Shown here: positions 35,067 through 47,003 of the stretch, piece after piece
Layout: every line of letters starts with the position of its first letter
Position numbering within the stretch: position 1 is the first letter of the stretch
Source: Neoechinorhynchus agilis
Lineage: Eukaryota > Animalia > Acanthocephala
Direction: 5' to 3'
Length of the DNA: 64,000 nucleotides
NCBI GenBank assembly: GCA_051530055.1
Contig: CM121341.1
Span: 13,804,784 to 13,868,783 of the forward strand
Notes under the pieces: generated by a model
Database searches by the model: none
Told to the model about the DNA's origin: nothing
What the model saw: only the letters and a program-made list of their open reading frames with translations
Program-made: the position numbers and the translations under genes

Positions 35067-35393
35067 ACAACTTCTTTACAGAAATAGAAATTTGAGCTTC
35101 AAGAAGTCTACGGGTCCGGCTGTGAGACTGCTTCCCTTAAAATGGTGAACTTAAAAAACGCGTTAGAAAACATGAGAGACCGTTAGAAATTAAAGGGTTC
35201 ATGACGGTCAAAGTGGAAAAAGAATCATTTAACCTGACCTCTACTCAAAATTCCAGGTTTTTGCTCAGAAAGTGACACGGTTGGGTTCCTTAGTGACTCT
35301 CGCCTAATCCTGGTGGAAATTCGGAAGAATAACGGGTTTTGGCCTGCTTTGAACTTTACGAGATAAATTTGACTTTTAGAATTAGGGATCAAA

Positions 35394-38300
35394 ATGTCGT
35401 TCAATGATAATTCGCCGTCTTCGTCGTCTCGTCTTTCAATTCTCGAAAAGCTTCGGCGATCTCGTGCTACTGGTGAAATCTATCGCGATTTAAGTTCGGA
35501 GGTCGAGCCGCTTTATGAGTACGTGGATGAAAGTGAGTTCAAAAGTGGGAAAAAGTCTTACGTCGAGGTTGAAGATCATCCTTTACCTGCAAAAAAGTCT
35601 CGAAAACGCGTTGTAATAGAAGAGAAACCAAGTAAATGTTTAGATATTCGGAAAATGATGAGGTTGAACAAAGAGTTGGAAGGCCTTAAGTGCGATGACA
35701 GTCAAGCGGACGACGATCTCTTTGCGGAGATGATGGCTGATTTTAAAACTGATGATGTTCCAGCTGAACCGGAGATGGAGGAAGCAACTGTTGAGACCAT
35801 GGAAATTGAGAAACGAGATGGCGATAAACCAATAGCTGAAGCATTCGAGCAATTATGTTTCACTGACGTCAAGGAAAAGGTGAATCAATCCATCCGCTTC
35901 TTTTGGTTAAGCGTTAAGCACCTTCCTCGATTTAAGGCTGTTTAACCTTACCATTTCGCTTGAAGATTAAATTTGTTCCCCGTGATTTCAGTTTTTAATG
36001 CAAAAATATTATAACGTTCTCTCAAGACCAGTTCTAAAAATCGTAGAAGTCAACTTCCAAAAATATAATCTAAAATTTCGCTCATAGAAACAAAGTTGGC
36101 AATCCAGAAAGTTTTTCTACTCGCGTGGAGGATGCTTGAAATTGACATCTACGAAGATGGCGATCATCTTCCGGACTCTCTCTATCTTTTTGGTAAAGTT
36201 GAAAATGAAGCAAACGGATGTGCTATAAGAGTTGAGGGTGTGCAAAGACGGATTTTTTTGATTCCAAAGGCCAACCATTCTCCACAGCAAGTCATTGATG
36301 AGTTCAAAACTCAAATATCATCCAAATACGGAATAGGCGAGTCGCATTTGCGAACTGTCCAACTCAAAAACTGCTTTTATTCCTCAGTTGATTTTACCGT
36401 GGATTGCGTACAACTCACTTTCTCAGGACCATCTCGATTCCACGACTTTAAAGCGAGCTACTTCAGTACTGTGGGCCATGTCTTAGGAATATCCTGTTCT
36501 TTAATTGAAAACTTTTTGCTCCAAAAATCTATAAAAGGCCCTTGTTGGCTGCACCTTTCGAATTCAAATCGAACAGAATCTGAGCGAAGTTGGTGTTCAT
36601 TAGAAATCAACGTACACTGTGATGATGTTCAAAGGATCGAAGATGCTAACAATACCCCTAACCTCCGAGTATTATCTCTTGCAATCGCTTCTATTCCAAG
36701 CAGTCAAAATAATAAGCATTTGGAAATATGCGGCGTGGACGGCTTAGTGACCGAAATGTCACTCACAGAACCTTGTAACCAACCATTCACCGGTCATAAT
36801 GATCCAAGATTTATCTCTGGGTTCTCTGTCATTACAAACTCTCAATCTGTTAGTATTCCTTATGATTTCAAAGCATTCTGTCTCCAACAAAAAACGACGA
36901 ATATCATTACTCTCCCGACAGAAAGAGGTCTTCTGTCATTTTTGTTGAACAAAATCCAGAGAATTGATCCGGATGTCATTGTTGGACATGATATATCCAA
37001 GACTCAACTTCAACTGATAATTTCCAGGATCATAGAGACAAAGGCTCCATATTGGTCAAAACTCGGGCGCTTAAAACGTAGCTTGTTACCAAAATCCATA
37101 TTTAAAACGGGAATAACTTGCGGCCGTTTACTGGTTGATGTGGCTGTATCTGCAAGGGAGCTAATGACCAAGTCATGTAGAGTACAAAGTCCTACGTCCT
37201 TCGAAATGAATGGGAAGTTTTTGGGATGGCATGTTCGATATTTTCCCCATTGATTTGCGGTTTGTGCAAACAATTTTAGAAGCCCTGATCATTTTTAACT
37301 CATTAGCGCTGAAATTTGAAATCGGTAACTGTACCCAAAGATTTGCGAGTGCGAATTCCCTCGCTTCTCGTCTTCGATTTTCGCAGATGAGTACTTTTTC
37401 AGCAATTAAATACAGTTATGAAATTCAATCCTTCCTTATCCGATATTCTTAGCTCCATGTACGCAATACTTTGTGCTGATAGATCATTCGACCTTCCAAA
37501 TCTTTGCGATCATCTCCTTAATGAAAAGCGGCAATTTATACAGAGCAATTCAATTTACTGTCGAATGTGTTTCAGAGCATCCGAGAGTCTTGTCCAAGCA
37601 ATTCGAACACTTCGCAGTGATGCCATTTCATGCCTGAACCTGGCTGCCAAGTTAAACATTCTCCCATTAGCTTATCAAATAACGAGTATTTGCGGAAACG
37701 TTCTATCTCGAACACTTTTAGGGGGCCGCGCGGAACGCAATGAGTTTCTTTTGCTTCACGCGTTTGATCGAGCTGGATTTTTGTTGCCTGAACCAAGCAA
37801 CGATTCCACTCTTCGTAAAGACGAGGATTTGATAGCCTCTTACAATCAAAAGGACGACGAAGAGGATGCTGAAATCTATACGTCGAAGCCCAACCATAAA
37901 AAGAAGATACAAATGAAACATTTTGCAGGTGGATTAGTCTTAGAACCGAAAATCGGCTTCTATGACACCTATATTCTCTTGCTGGACTTTAATAGCTTGT
38001 ATCCAAGTATCATCCAAGAATACAATATTTGCTTTAGTACTCGTCGCATTAACGATGAGTCCACCGAGTTGTCTGATTTAAGTGCACAAAAGGATGTCAG
38101 TCGAGGTGTTCTCCCTTTAGAGATTCAAAAACTTGTACAAAGTAGACGAGAAGTCAGAAAGTTGATGGCGAATCGCAGTGGCAATCAAAATCTCCAGAAT
38201 CAGTACAATATTAGACAAATGGCGCTAAAACTAACTGCCAACAGTATGTATGGTTGCCTAGGCTATGCAAAATCGAGGTTTTACTCTCGGAATTTAGCTG

Positions 38301-39933
38301 CTCTTGTCACAGCACTTGGACGAGATACCCTCGAGAAAACGAAGAGTTTAGTTGAGTCTCTCGGAGTAGAGGTTATTTATGGCGATACGGATTCCCTTAT
38401 GATTAATACTTGTTCACGCGATTTGGAAGACGTTCGGAAGTTGGGGCAGAAGTTAAAGGCTGAAATCAATAGGCATTATCAGCAACTGGAAATCGACGTC
38501 GATGGCGTTTTCAAGTGCCTTTTACTCATGAAAAAGAAGAAGTACGCCGGATTGCTTGTAGATGATATCGATGCTCGAACTGGGGAGCTTCTTAGCAGAG
38601 AGAAATTTCATTAAGGTTCGTCTGTTGTTTTTAGCTGATGAAAAATCTTTAAAAATATAAGTTTATTTTGGAAATGAAATTTTCGCATTCTTCAACTTTA
38701 ATTCTTTGTGCCTACTGATCACTCGCTTAAAAAGTTATTTCTCTCCTTACATCAAGACACGTGAAAGGACTTGATATGATTAGACGTGATTGGTGCCATT
38801 TGGCTAAGGAATGCGGGATGGCTGTATTGGACGAGATATTGTCAGGCAAAACACAGGACGATGTTGTGAGTGCATTTTGTTCGATCTTAACGCAATTAGC
38901 AGATTACATGAGATCCGATCTAATTCCGGTTGAGAAGTATTTGATCGATAAGCAATTAACGAAACGTCTGAAATCGTACACCGATCCAAAATCTCTTCCT
39001 CACGTTCAGGTTGCAATAAGGTTAGCGAAATCCGGCGCAAGTATGGTAAAAGCAGGCGATGTAATTTCGTATTTAATATGTGAAGATGGTACCGCTAACC
39101 CGGCTACACAACGTGCATATTCTCTTAAAGAGTTCAATGATAAAAGTGGAGAAAATTTTAAAATTGATCTAATTTACTATTTGGCTAACCAAATCCAACC
39201 TGTTGTCTGTCGTCTGATCGAGCCTTTTGGTGGCGGTGGAATCGATACTTCGATTGTTGCTGAATGTCTTGGTATTCCACAGTCAATGGCAATCCATAAC
39301 TCCGTGGTGAATGAAGCGGCGACTAATGCTGTAAGTGATCAGGATGAAGAGGACGACGATTTGACCTTAGCTAGATTTGACGATTGTGATCCTTTTATAG
39401 TTGAATGCCCGGAGTGTGGCAAATGCTGTAAATGGACGTGCCCTTATAGAGAACTTCCTAATGGAGGGTACGTGTCGGTGTTGAAAAAAGGTTGCGAGTC
39501 GTGTTCGTGGAAACCGTTGGACACTTTAGCTTATGTGAAAAATGTATTGATTGATCGAATGAGACACACGGTTAATCTGTTCTATCTGGGATGGCAAAGA
39601 TGTGAAGACGCAGGCTGTGGTCATCGTACTCGGTATGTTCCTATTCGCACGTTGAATTGCCGTCCGGTATGTCCCGGGTGCCAGAAATCTAACCTCGTTC
39701 CGGACTATTCGATCGTCGAATGTTATACTCAATTTCTCTACTATCATTCAATCTTTGATTCTGATCAATTCAAGAGAATAAGAGGTAGCGATTTAAAAGG
39801 TATTGTCGCTGCCGAGAATGTTGAAGGGGTGAAGCGGTCACACGATGAATTGACTGAATTTGTGAAGTCTAAAATGATGGATCGAAGTGCGTTTGGGTAT
39901 GTTGATTTGGGTGATATTTTTGAAGGATTGTGA
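35394..39933 (+). CDS. POLA1: DNA polymerase alpha catalytic subunit, about 4 exons
   Basis: LYLFGKV, IKGPCWL, DPDVIVGHDI, GRLLVD, AGGLVLEPKIG, LLDFNSLYPSIIQEYNICFST, KLTANSMYGCLG, YGDTDS, KKKKYAG, KGLDMIRRDW and C-terminal Cys clusters. Introns near 35880, 37172-37482 and 38610-38767. Confidence 0.97.
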
Positions 39934-39984
39934 GATCGTCATTATTTGTTCAACCTTAACTTCAAAACCTTGCGTTTCTAGATA

Positions 39985-40443
39985 ATGAATAAACTCATCG
40001 AACCACTAATGAAAATGGTTCCATGTGTACCGGTTCGTCAGAACATAAAGAATAGTCTTAGGTTCGATGATAAGGGATTCCTAAGGGATCGTCTTTTTGC
40101 GGTAATTCTGCTAAGAACAAAGCAATACAAAGTTACAAGGGGAGATTTAATTGCCGTATACGGCCCAATGCCCACTGTCCAAGGCGATCGAATTAATATC
40201 GAAAAAATCTTACTCGTCGGTTCGTCGACATTTACCGTAATCGGGCGTCCTATTGTAAACAATGCGTTCGTACAAGTTCACGCAACCGTGGTTGAACGAA
40301 CTCTCTCACCAGTTAAAATATCATATAACTATAAACCCAGGAAAAGGTATCATCGAATGACTCTTAAACGAGATGACGTAACGCTGATTCGAATCGATGA
40401 TGTTACTTTAAATCTTGATCAAATACCTAAAGTGTCCGAATGA
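39985..40443 (+). CDS. MRPL21: Mitochondrial ribosomal protein bL21m
   Basis: RLFAVI...KQYKVTRGDLI, EKILLVGS..FTVIGRP, VHATVVE, KPRKRYHR, TLIRI. Confidence 0.92.
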   Translation: MNKLIEPLMKMVPCVPVRQNIKNSLRFDDKGFLRDRLFAVILLRTKQYKVTRGDLIAVYGPMPTVQGDRINIEKILLVGSSTFTVIGRPIVNNAFVQVHATVVERTLSPVKISYNYKPRKRYHRMTLKRDDVTLIRIDDVTLNLDQIPKVSE

Positions 40444-40989
40444 TCGAATGTCTTTGTGGTGTCCTTGGCTGAACTTTATTGAATGCAATAAAAGTAATCT
40501 GTGCTGCGCCACGGTAAGATCTTAGAGCTCAATTATCAAAAAACATTTTAGCATAAAAAGCATTATATTTTTCCCGTTGTTACCGCTCCACTTTATTTCG
40601 GGATTAGTCTTTAAGTGTTTCTTCATAAACTACTATGAGTAAAACTAGTAGACAACTAAAAAGAAGTTGATAATTATGAGATTGGTTTTTGCTTTCAAAC
40701 TTCAACGCGGTATGGATACAATTTTAGCTAGCATCTATTCTTGACACTGAAAGATTCCATTGATTTTCAACATTCCAATCCCCTTTCCAGCGTAGTACTA
40801 ACGTACAGATCTAAATTGTGAAATTAGCTACCTTTCCGAACATATCTACCACACCCAACGCCAATGAAAAAATAACCAATTTAATGACTAATCACGAACG
40901 ATTACATTTATCATCGAATGTACTAAAAGGTTGAATTTTGTTGAATCTTTGTGGACTCATCGTTTCCTGGTAATTTTCGATATATTCGA

Positions 40990-41850
40990 AACAGATTGGT
41001 GTTGGCTTTACTCTATACAAAATGGAGGTTTTTAGACGTTTATTTTGCGCAAAAAATCTTCTTACTTTCTAATTTTGCCCATCGTATTCTTTTCCTTGGA
41101 AAGTTTCTCCCGCCTCCTCAATGCACCCTCCAAATTGCTTATTGCTCGTTCCCAAGAATCACTCGAACTGAGATTTAACTCACGATTTCTCATGCTCTTC
41201 ATAAACCTAAAAAATTGCCCTTTTCTATTTCAAACTCGTCCTACATTGAACTAACCGAAATTTATAGACGGCTTCAGCATAGGGTCGTCCAAGTCTTTGT
41301 TCCCTTCTCAGTGCTTTCTCCAATTCCCTGCACTTTGGACACAAAGCTTCTAGGCAGCTACATTGCAGGCTGTGCAATTCAAAGCTCATCGTTTTTTGTA
41401 TGTGAGCTTCGACATGAGACATATCGGTTGCCATAGGAACCTAATACGGTTCTATGCCAAAAATGGGTGTAAAACGTTTTAGCAACCAAAAAATCTTTGA
41501 ATCGGCTGTAAGTACTCCGTTTTAATTCGACGTTATGTTCTAAAAACCCTCTTTTTCGCATTTGCTGAACAAAATCGTTCACTGGGATAGTTCGGTTTTA
41601 ATCTTTTGCTAATTCAGTTGGATCATTTCGTCTTTTAAACCTTTTCCTAATCCAATGCTGTACTTCGAGTTTGTTCCAACGTCGCCACTACCTATGAAAA
41701 TGGTTGCTATGAGATCTCACAGTCGGGACGGCGCAATTTGAAATCCGAATCGTTTCCTTGATTTCGCATACGACATCAATTGAGGAATCAGTGTCAGGAG
41801 TAATCCAACCGTGTCTCGCTAGGCATTTATCGTTGATATGTAGTTATTTT
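40990..41850 (-). CDS. Hypothetical multi-exon gene, head-to-head with phosphorylase 1
   Basis: Spliceable segments (CG|GTTAGT...TTTTAG|G; AA|GTAAG...ATAG) join LQCSCLEALCPKC and a basic/coiled-coil C-terminus. 5' exons not resolved; no family recognised. Confidence 0.35.
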
Positions 41851-42014
41851 AGGAAGCTGCAGACTGAGCTATAGAAAGAGCGCATGCGGCACAGAATTCT
41901 CATGGTGCACATGGATATTGATGAGATGCGGAAATTATTCTCAAAGAGAGCAACCGAGTTGATTTAAGGAGGCGGATGCGATGCTCCCAATGATTACAAC
42001 GCTGTTTTTTCGGG

Positions 42015-45000
42015 ATGGAAAAGAAGACTTTAGGAGCGTCTATCACGGGAGGAGGAATGAAACCTTTAAGTGACTCCGACAGAAGGAAGCAAATCAGCGT
42101 CCGAGGAATTGCACTTGTCGAAAATGTTGCTCAAGTCATGTCGACATTCAATCGGCACTTACATTTTACACTTGTTAAAGATCGGAATGTTGCTACTAAA
42201 CATGATTATTACATGACCTTGGCCAAGAGCGTCTGGGATTATATTTGTGGACGTTGGATAAGGACTCACCAACATTATCACAAAACCGATATGAAGGTCA
42301 GTAGCGTGACTTGTTTTACGATTGGGCAAAGGTTCTCTTTTTTCTCGTTCCAAGATTCCGATATTCTCCTCGCTTAATTTTGCTGTTCGCAGCCAAATTT
42401 TATTCAAAATAAGCGATTACATCTAGTCTTTTTGAAGATCCAAAAACATATTTCGCTCTTCTCCACTAGTGCATATCGTCTTCGTGTTAACAATCCAAAC
42501 CCGTTACATTATAGCGAGTATATTACCTATCGCTCGAATATTATCTTGGCCGATCGCTGACAAACACAATGGCAAATTTGGGTATTCAGAGCGAATTTGA
42601 TGAGGCGCTCTATCAACTGGGTATGGACATTGAGACATTGGAAGACGAAGAAGAGGACGCCGGTCTTGGAAATGGTGGTCTTGGTCGTCTAGCTGCCTGC
42701 TTTCTGGATTCAATGGCGACGTTGGGGATCGCTGGATTTGGATATGGTCTTCGTTATGACTACGGGATATTTACTCAGTCGATCCAGAATGGATGGCAAG
42801 TAAGTACAAATAAGAGAATACGGCGAGACTATTAATGACATTTATACAGGTAGAAAATCCAGACGATTGGTTGCGATATGGAAATCCATGGGATATTCCC
42901 AGACCAGAAAGTCTCTACAAAGTTAAATTTTATGGTCGGGTTGTTGACGAAAATGGTAAACGAAAATGGGTTGATGCAAAGGTAATGCACAAACCTCCAT
43001 TAGAATATGTAAAATCGATTCCTCCATGTTGTGTATAGGTTATTTACGCGATGCCATACGATTCGCCTGTGCCGGGATATAAAAACAACATTGTAAATAC
43101 ATTGAGATTGTGGACGGCTAAGGCAAGCAAAAGCTTTAATTTAAGATTTTGTACGTCAAACTATTGCAACTTTTTTTTACTGAATGCCCTTTTTAGTCAA
43201 TGACGGAGATTATATTAAAGCGGTCGAAGAGAGCAGTATAGCTGAGAACATCTCCCGAGTTCTTTATCCAAACGATAATGTGAGTTAAAACAAATTATTA
43301 TTTCGGTAAACTCAGAACTGGGCCAAATGAAGAGCCGTGATAATCCGTAACGCGAAATCGTTTCGATGAGGCCCCATAACTATTTTCCCGAGAAAGTAAA
43401 GGGAATAGTGACTTTCTCCGTAGCTCAGTTAAATAGAAATACCTAATCACTGACTATTTCTCCATTTCATTCTCAGATTCCAGAAGGAAAAGAGCTCCGT
43501 CTAAAACAAGAGTACTTTATGGTTTCAGCTACTCTTCAAGATATCATTCAACGATACAAGCGAAAGGAATTCGGAAACCTAGAAGCAACCCGTAAAGATT
43601 TCGGAGAATTTCCTGATAAGGTATTTTTTATTGTTGGTTGTTGCCTTTTTGGTATAATAATGATCAATAGGTGGCTATTCAATTGAACGACACACATCCT
43701 TCGTTTGCGATCCCCGAACTCTTAAGAATTTTAATAGATGATGAGAATTTGACCTACGATGAAGCATGGTCAATCACTTCAAAGACATTCGCTTACACAA
43801 ACCACACGATTCTCCCTGAAGCACTTGAACGCTGGCCACTGGAAATGGTTGGTCATGTGTTGCCCCGTCATCTTGAAATAATTTACGAAATTAACTTTAG
43901 ACACTTACAGGTAAGCTTTTGTTGATTTGAGAAAGTAGAAATTACGGTCTATATTAAAAGGAAGTTCAAACGAGATATCCCGGGGATTTTGACAGGATTC
44001 GACGAATGTCATTGATTGAGGAGGAAGGTGGCAAACGAGTCAATACTGCATTTATGTCCATTGTTGGATCCCATGCTGTCAACGGAGTTGCAGCTCTTCA
44101 TACGGAACTGCTCAAAAAATCATTGTAAGCAATCGCTTACTCTATATATTCACTTCGTAGTTGTTTGCTTAAAAAGGTTTAAAGATTTCTATGAAATGTT
44201 TCCCGAGAGGTTTCAGAATAAGACGAATGGAATCACACCTCGGCGATGGCTTCTACTCTGCAACCCAGCACTTGCCGATGTCATTACCGAGAAGATCGGG
44301 GACAAGTGGATAACTGAACTGTCTGAGCTCAGGAAGCTACTCGATTTTATTGACGATCCCCGATTCATTAACGACATTATCAGGGTTAAACAGGTAAAAT
44401 CGAGATAGAATTGACTCAATGTCCCATTCGAACATCGAAATATCCGTTAATTAAAATTACTTTTAAGGAAAACAAAATGAAATTTACCCAATGGTTGGAA
44501 GAAAATTTAAAAATTCGAGTGAATCCAGAAGCCATGTTTGACGTTCAAGTAAAACGAATGCACGAATACAAAAGACAGCTTTTGAACGTTCTTCACGTCA
44601 TCACCCTTTACAATCGAATTCGCTTAAATCCAAGTCAACAGACGGCACCTCGCGTGGTAATGATCGGTGGAAAGGCGGCTCCGGGATATCATATGGCTAA
44701 AAAGATTATAAAACTTATTACAAGTGTTGCTGACGTTGTTAACAATGATCCCATTGTTGGAGATCGACTAAAACTTGTATTTGTGCCAAACTACAGAGTT
44801 ACGCTGGCTGAAAAAATCGTTCCCGCGACTGATTTGAGTGAGCAGATTTCCCTTGCTGGTCTCGAAGCCTCTGGAACGGGTAATATGAAGTTCATGTTAA
44901 ATGGAGCTCTCACTATTGGAACACTTGACGGAGCCAATGTTGAAATGGCAGAAGAAGCAGGTATGGATAATCTGTTTATTTTTGGTATGACCGTAGATCA

Positions 45001-47003
45001 AGTTGAAAAACTAAGATCAGAAGGGTAAGTTCCGTGTGTCAAGCAACTGAACCGGTTCTCTTAAGGCTCTCTTTTCAATGTTATGCAGCGTAGACCCATA
45101 GTTGTTGCGTAATTTATTAAGAGCAAATTGAACAGACCTTTCTAGGATCTGCTCATTGCTCAGTTTCCTCAAAAGTCGATAGAAGGGTTCCAGCTTTTGG
45201 TAAACAATGCCATAAACGTCCTCTTCAATCGCATAGCAACTGAGGTCCACGAGAATTCTCAATCGTAGGTCGTCCATTTGGTCCAAATCAATGTCACCGT
45301 CAAATATTAAGCGTTTCTCGAGTGGTACCATTAGATAGTGGGAGATATGTACCCACTGGGAAGTTGGGTTAACTTCCCAAAGAGTTCGTCTGTCTCCTTT
45401 GGTTTTTGATCTATATGTCAGTTCTCGTATTAAGCAAGATTTTTACGGTACAAGGGTACACTTTTCAAATGAAGGAAAGCTGCATGGTAAGAAAATTATT
45501 GATTTAATTATCACGATCATAGCCTTTACCGCAAAAATCTACTTTCTAAAGCTAGAAACTGATCAAAGGACGAATCGATGGCCTGAATACATTGCTTTAG
45601 GTCTTCGTTTCGTCTTAGCCGAGGCACTTCAAAAAATATTAGCATTTGACTGCAGTAATATGAGTATAGAAGAAATAGAATGGAATAATTAATTTTTAAG
45701 AATATCTCGAGCATAAGCTTCGACAAGCCATTCTGTGGATAGACCAAATGAACCAACGCGACAAGTGTAGCTGATTTAAGGAAACTCTCCAAGATCAAAG
45801 CGCTTATTGTTTTAATTGAAGGAATACCATTTTGGTCATGAGGTCTCAATCTATTATTTGATGCATTCCCGCCCATTTAATTGAAACTCACAGAGTATAA
45901 ATGGACGATTGGTTTGGGAAAACAACATGTAGTTTACGTTGAGATACGAAATTCCTAAAGACGATTATGATCATTAGGCAGACGACTTCGTTGAACCGGT
46001 CTAATTTCTTAAGATAAATCAATTGGACCAGATTTAAGCAGCTCGCCCATATCAAATTGTTGTTTTGTTTGTACGAAAATGACCAAGTATAAGCCAAAGG
46101 CCCTATTGCATTGATTATTGAAGACAAAACGTATCTGTTTGTTATGGGCAGTATCGTAGAGACTAAGAGAGTCGGGATGAGTGCCATAATCATACAGGAT
46201 GTCAGTAGACGACTTGTAACGAATCTCCTAACCAATTGAGATTTGTGCTCTTTCTCACGTTCCGAAGTTTCAAGTTGGTCCGTCATCTAAAATGTAGAAT
46301 TGTCGATTAAAAAATGATGGGATGAAATTCGAGAATAAGCGCTAAATACTCACGAATCTTTCCCGGTAAACTTTAGAGCAAATCAAAAGTTCAATATTTT
46401 CCCAATAAAACATAAAGTCCCATTGTGTAGTAAGAGGTTAATACGACGGTCGAACTTCGAGGTGCCATTTGAGGTGCATGAGAGAAACAGTCTTAACAAC
46501 TTTATGGTGAAAAACTAAGTGGTTTGTCTAGAACATTAAGAGAACCGTTTAGAGCGCTGACCATGACTTTTGCATGCTAATTCCTTCATAGGTACAACCC
46601 ATCGATATTCTCATCAAAGCAACCAGAACTCCAATTGGCCATTCACCAAATTCGATCAGGCTTTTTTTCACCAAGTGAACCTGCTTTATTTGAAGACGTA
46701 GGCAAGACACTTACAGATTATGGCGATTTGTGAGTTTTTTTATCAGTCTTTTCCATTTTTATTTTCGAACAAAAAAGTTACATGCTCTGCGCGGATTACG
46801 AGAGCTACATTCGTGCACAAGAAAAAGTGGATCTACTTTATCGCAACCCGGTTCAATGGGCGAGGAAAGCAATCATTAATATCGCAACTTCCGGTAAGTT
46901 TTCTTCGGACAGAACGATCAAGCAATATGCCGAGGAAATATGGAAAACTCCTCAAACGACACTCGTACTCGATAGCCACATGGTAAATCCCGAACACCAA
47001 TAA
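42015..47003 (+). CDS. PYG: Glycogen phosphorylase copy 1, 11 introns
   Basis: [90 protein letters not shown]. Confidence 0.97.
43320..43374 (+). ncRNA. Candidate intronic box C/D snoRNA-like element
   Basis: GGGCC-aa-ATGAAGA...ATGA-GGCCC: 5-bp terminal stem, C-like and D-like boxes, about 100 nt upstream of the acceptor at 43476. Boxes are non-consensus and the element is short. Confidence 0.3.
45017..46286 (-). CDS. NDC1: Nucleoporin NDC1-like transmembrane protein nested antisense in phosphorylase intron 10
   Basis: Hydrophobic N-terminal segments. Spliced [45 protein letters not shown] and [13 protein letters not shown] match NDC1 motifs as recalled (LALQDL...RRQEVFSL, EDRFGVVQ, AIYRITTTFG). 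Exons about 46286-45891, 45849-45530, 45412-45017. Confidence 0.75.

Noticed and set aside
43415-43435. tRNA or tRNA-derived SINE (tccgtagctcagtt resembles an A box)
   Set aside because: No B box or cloverleaf follows.
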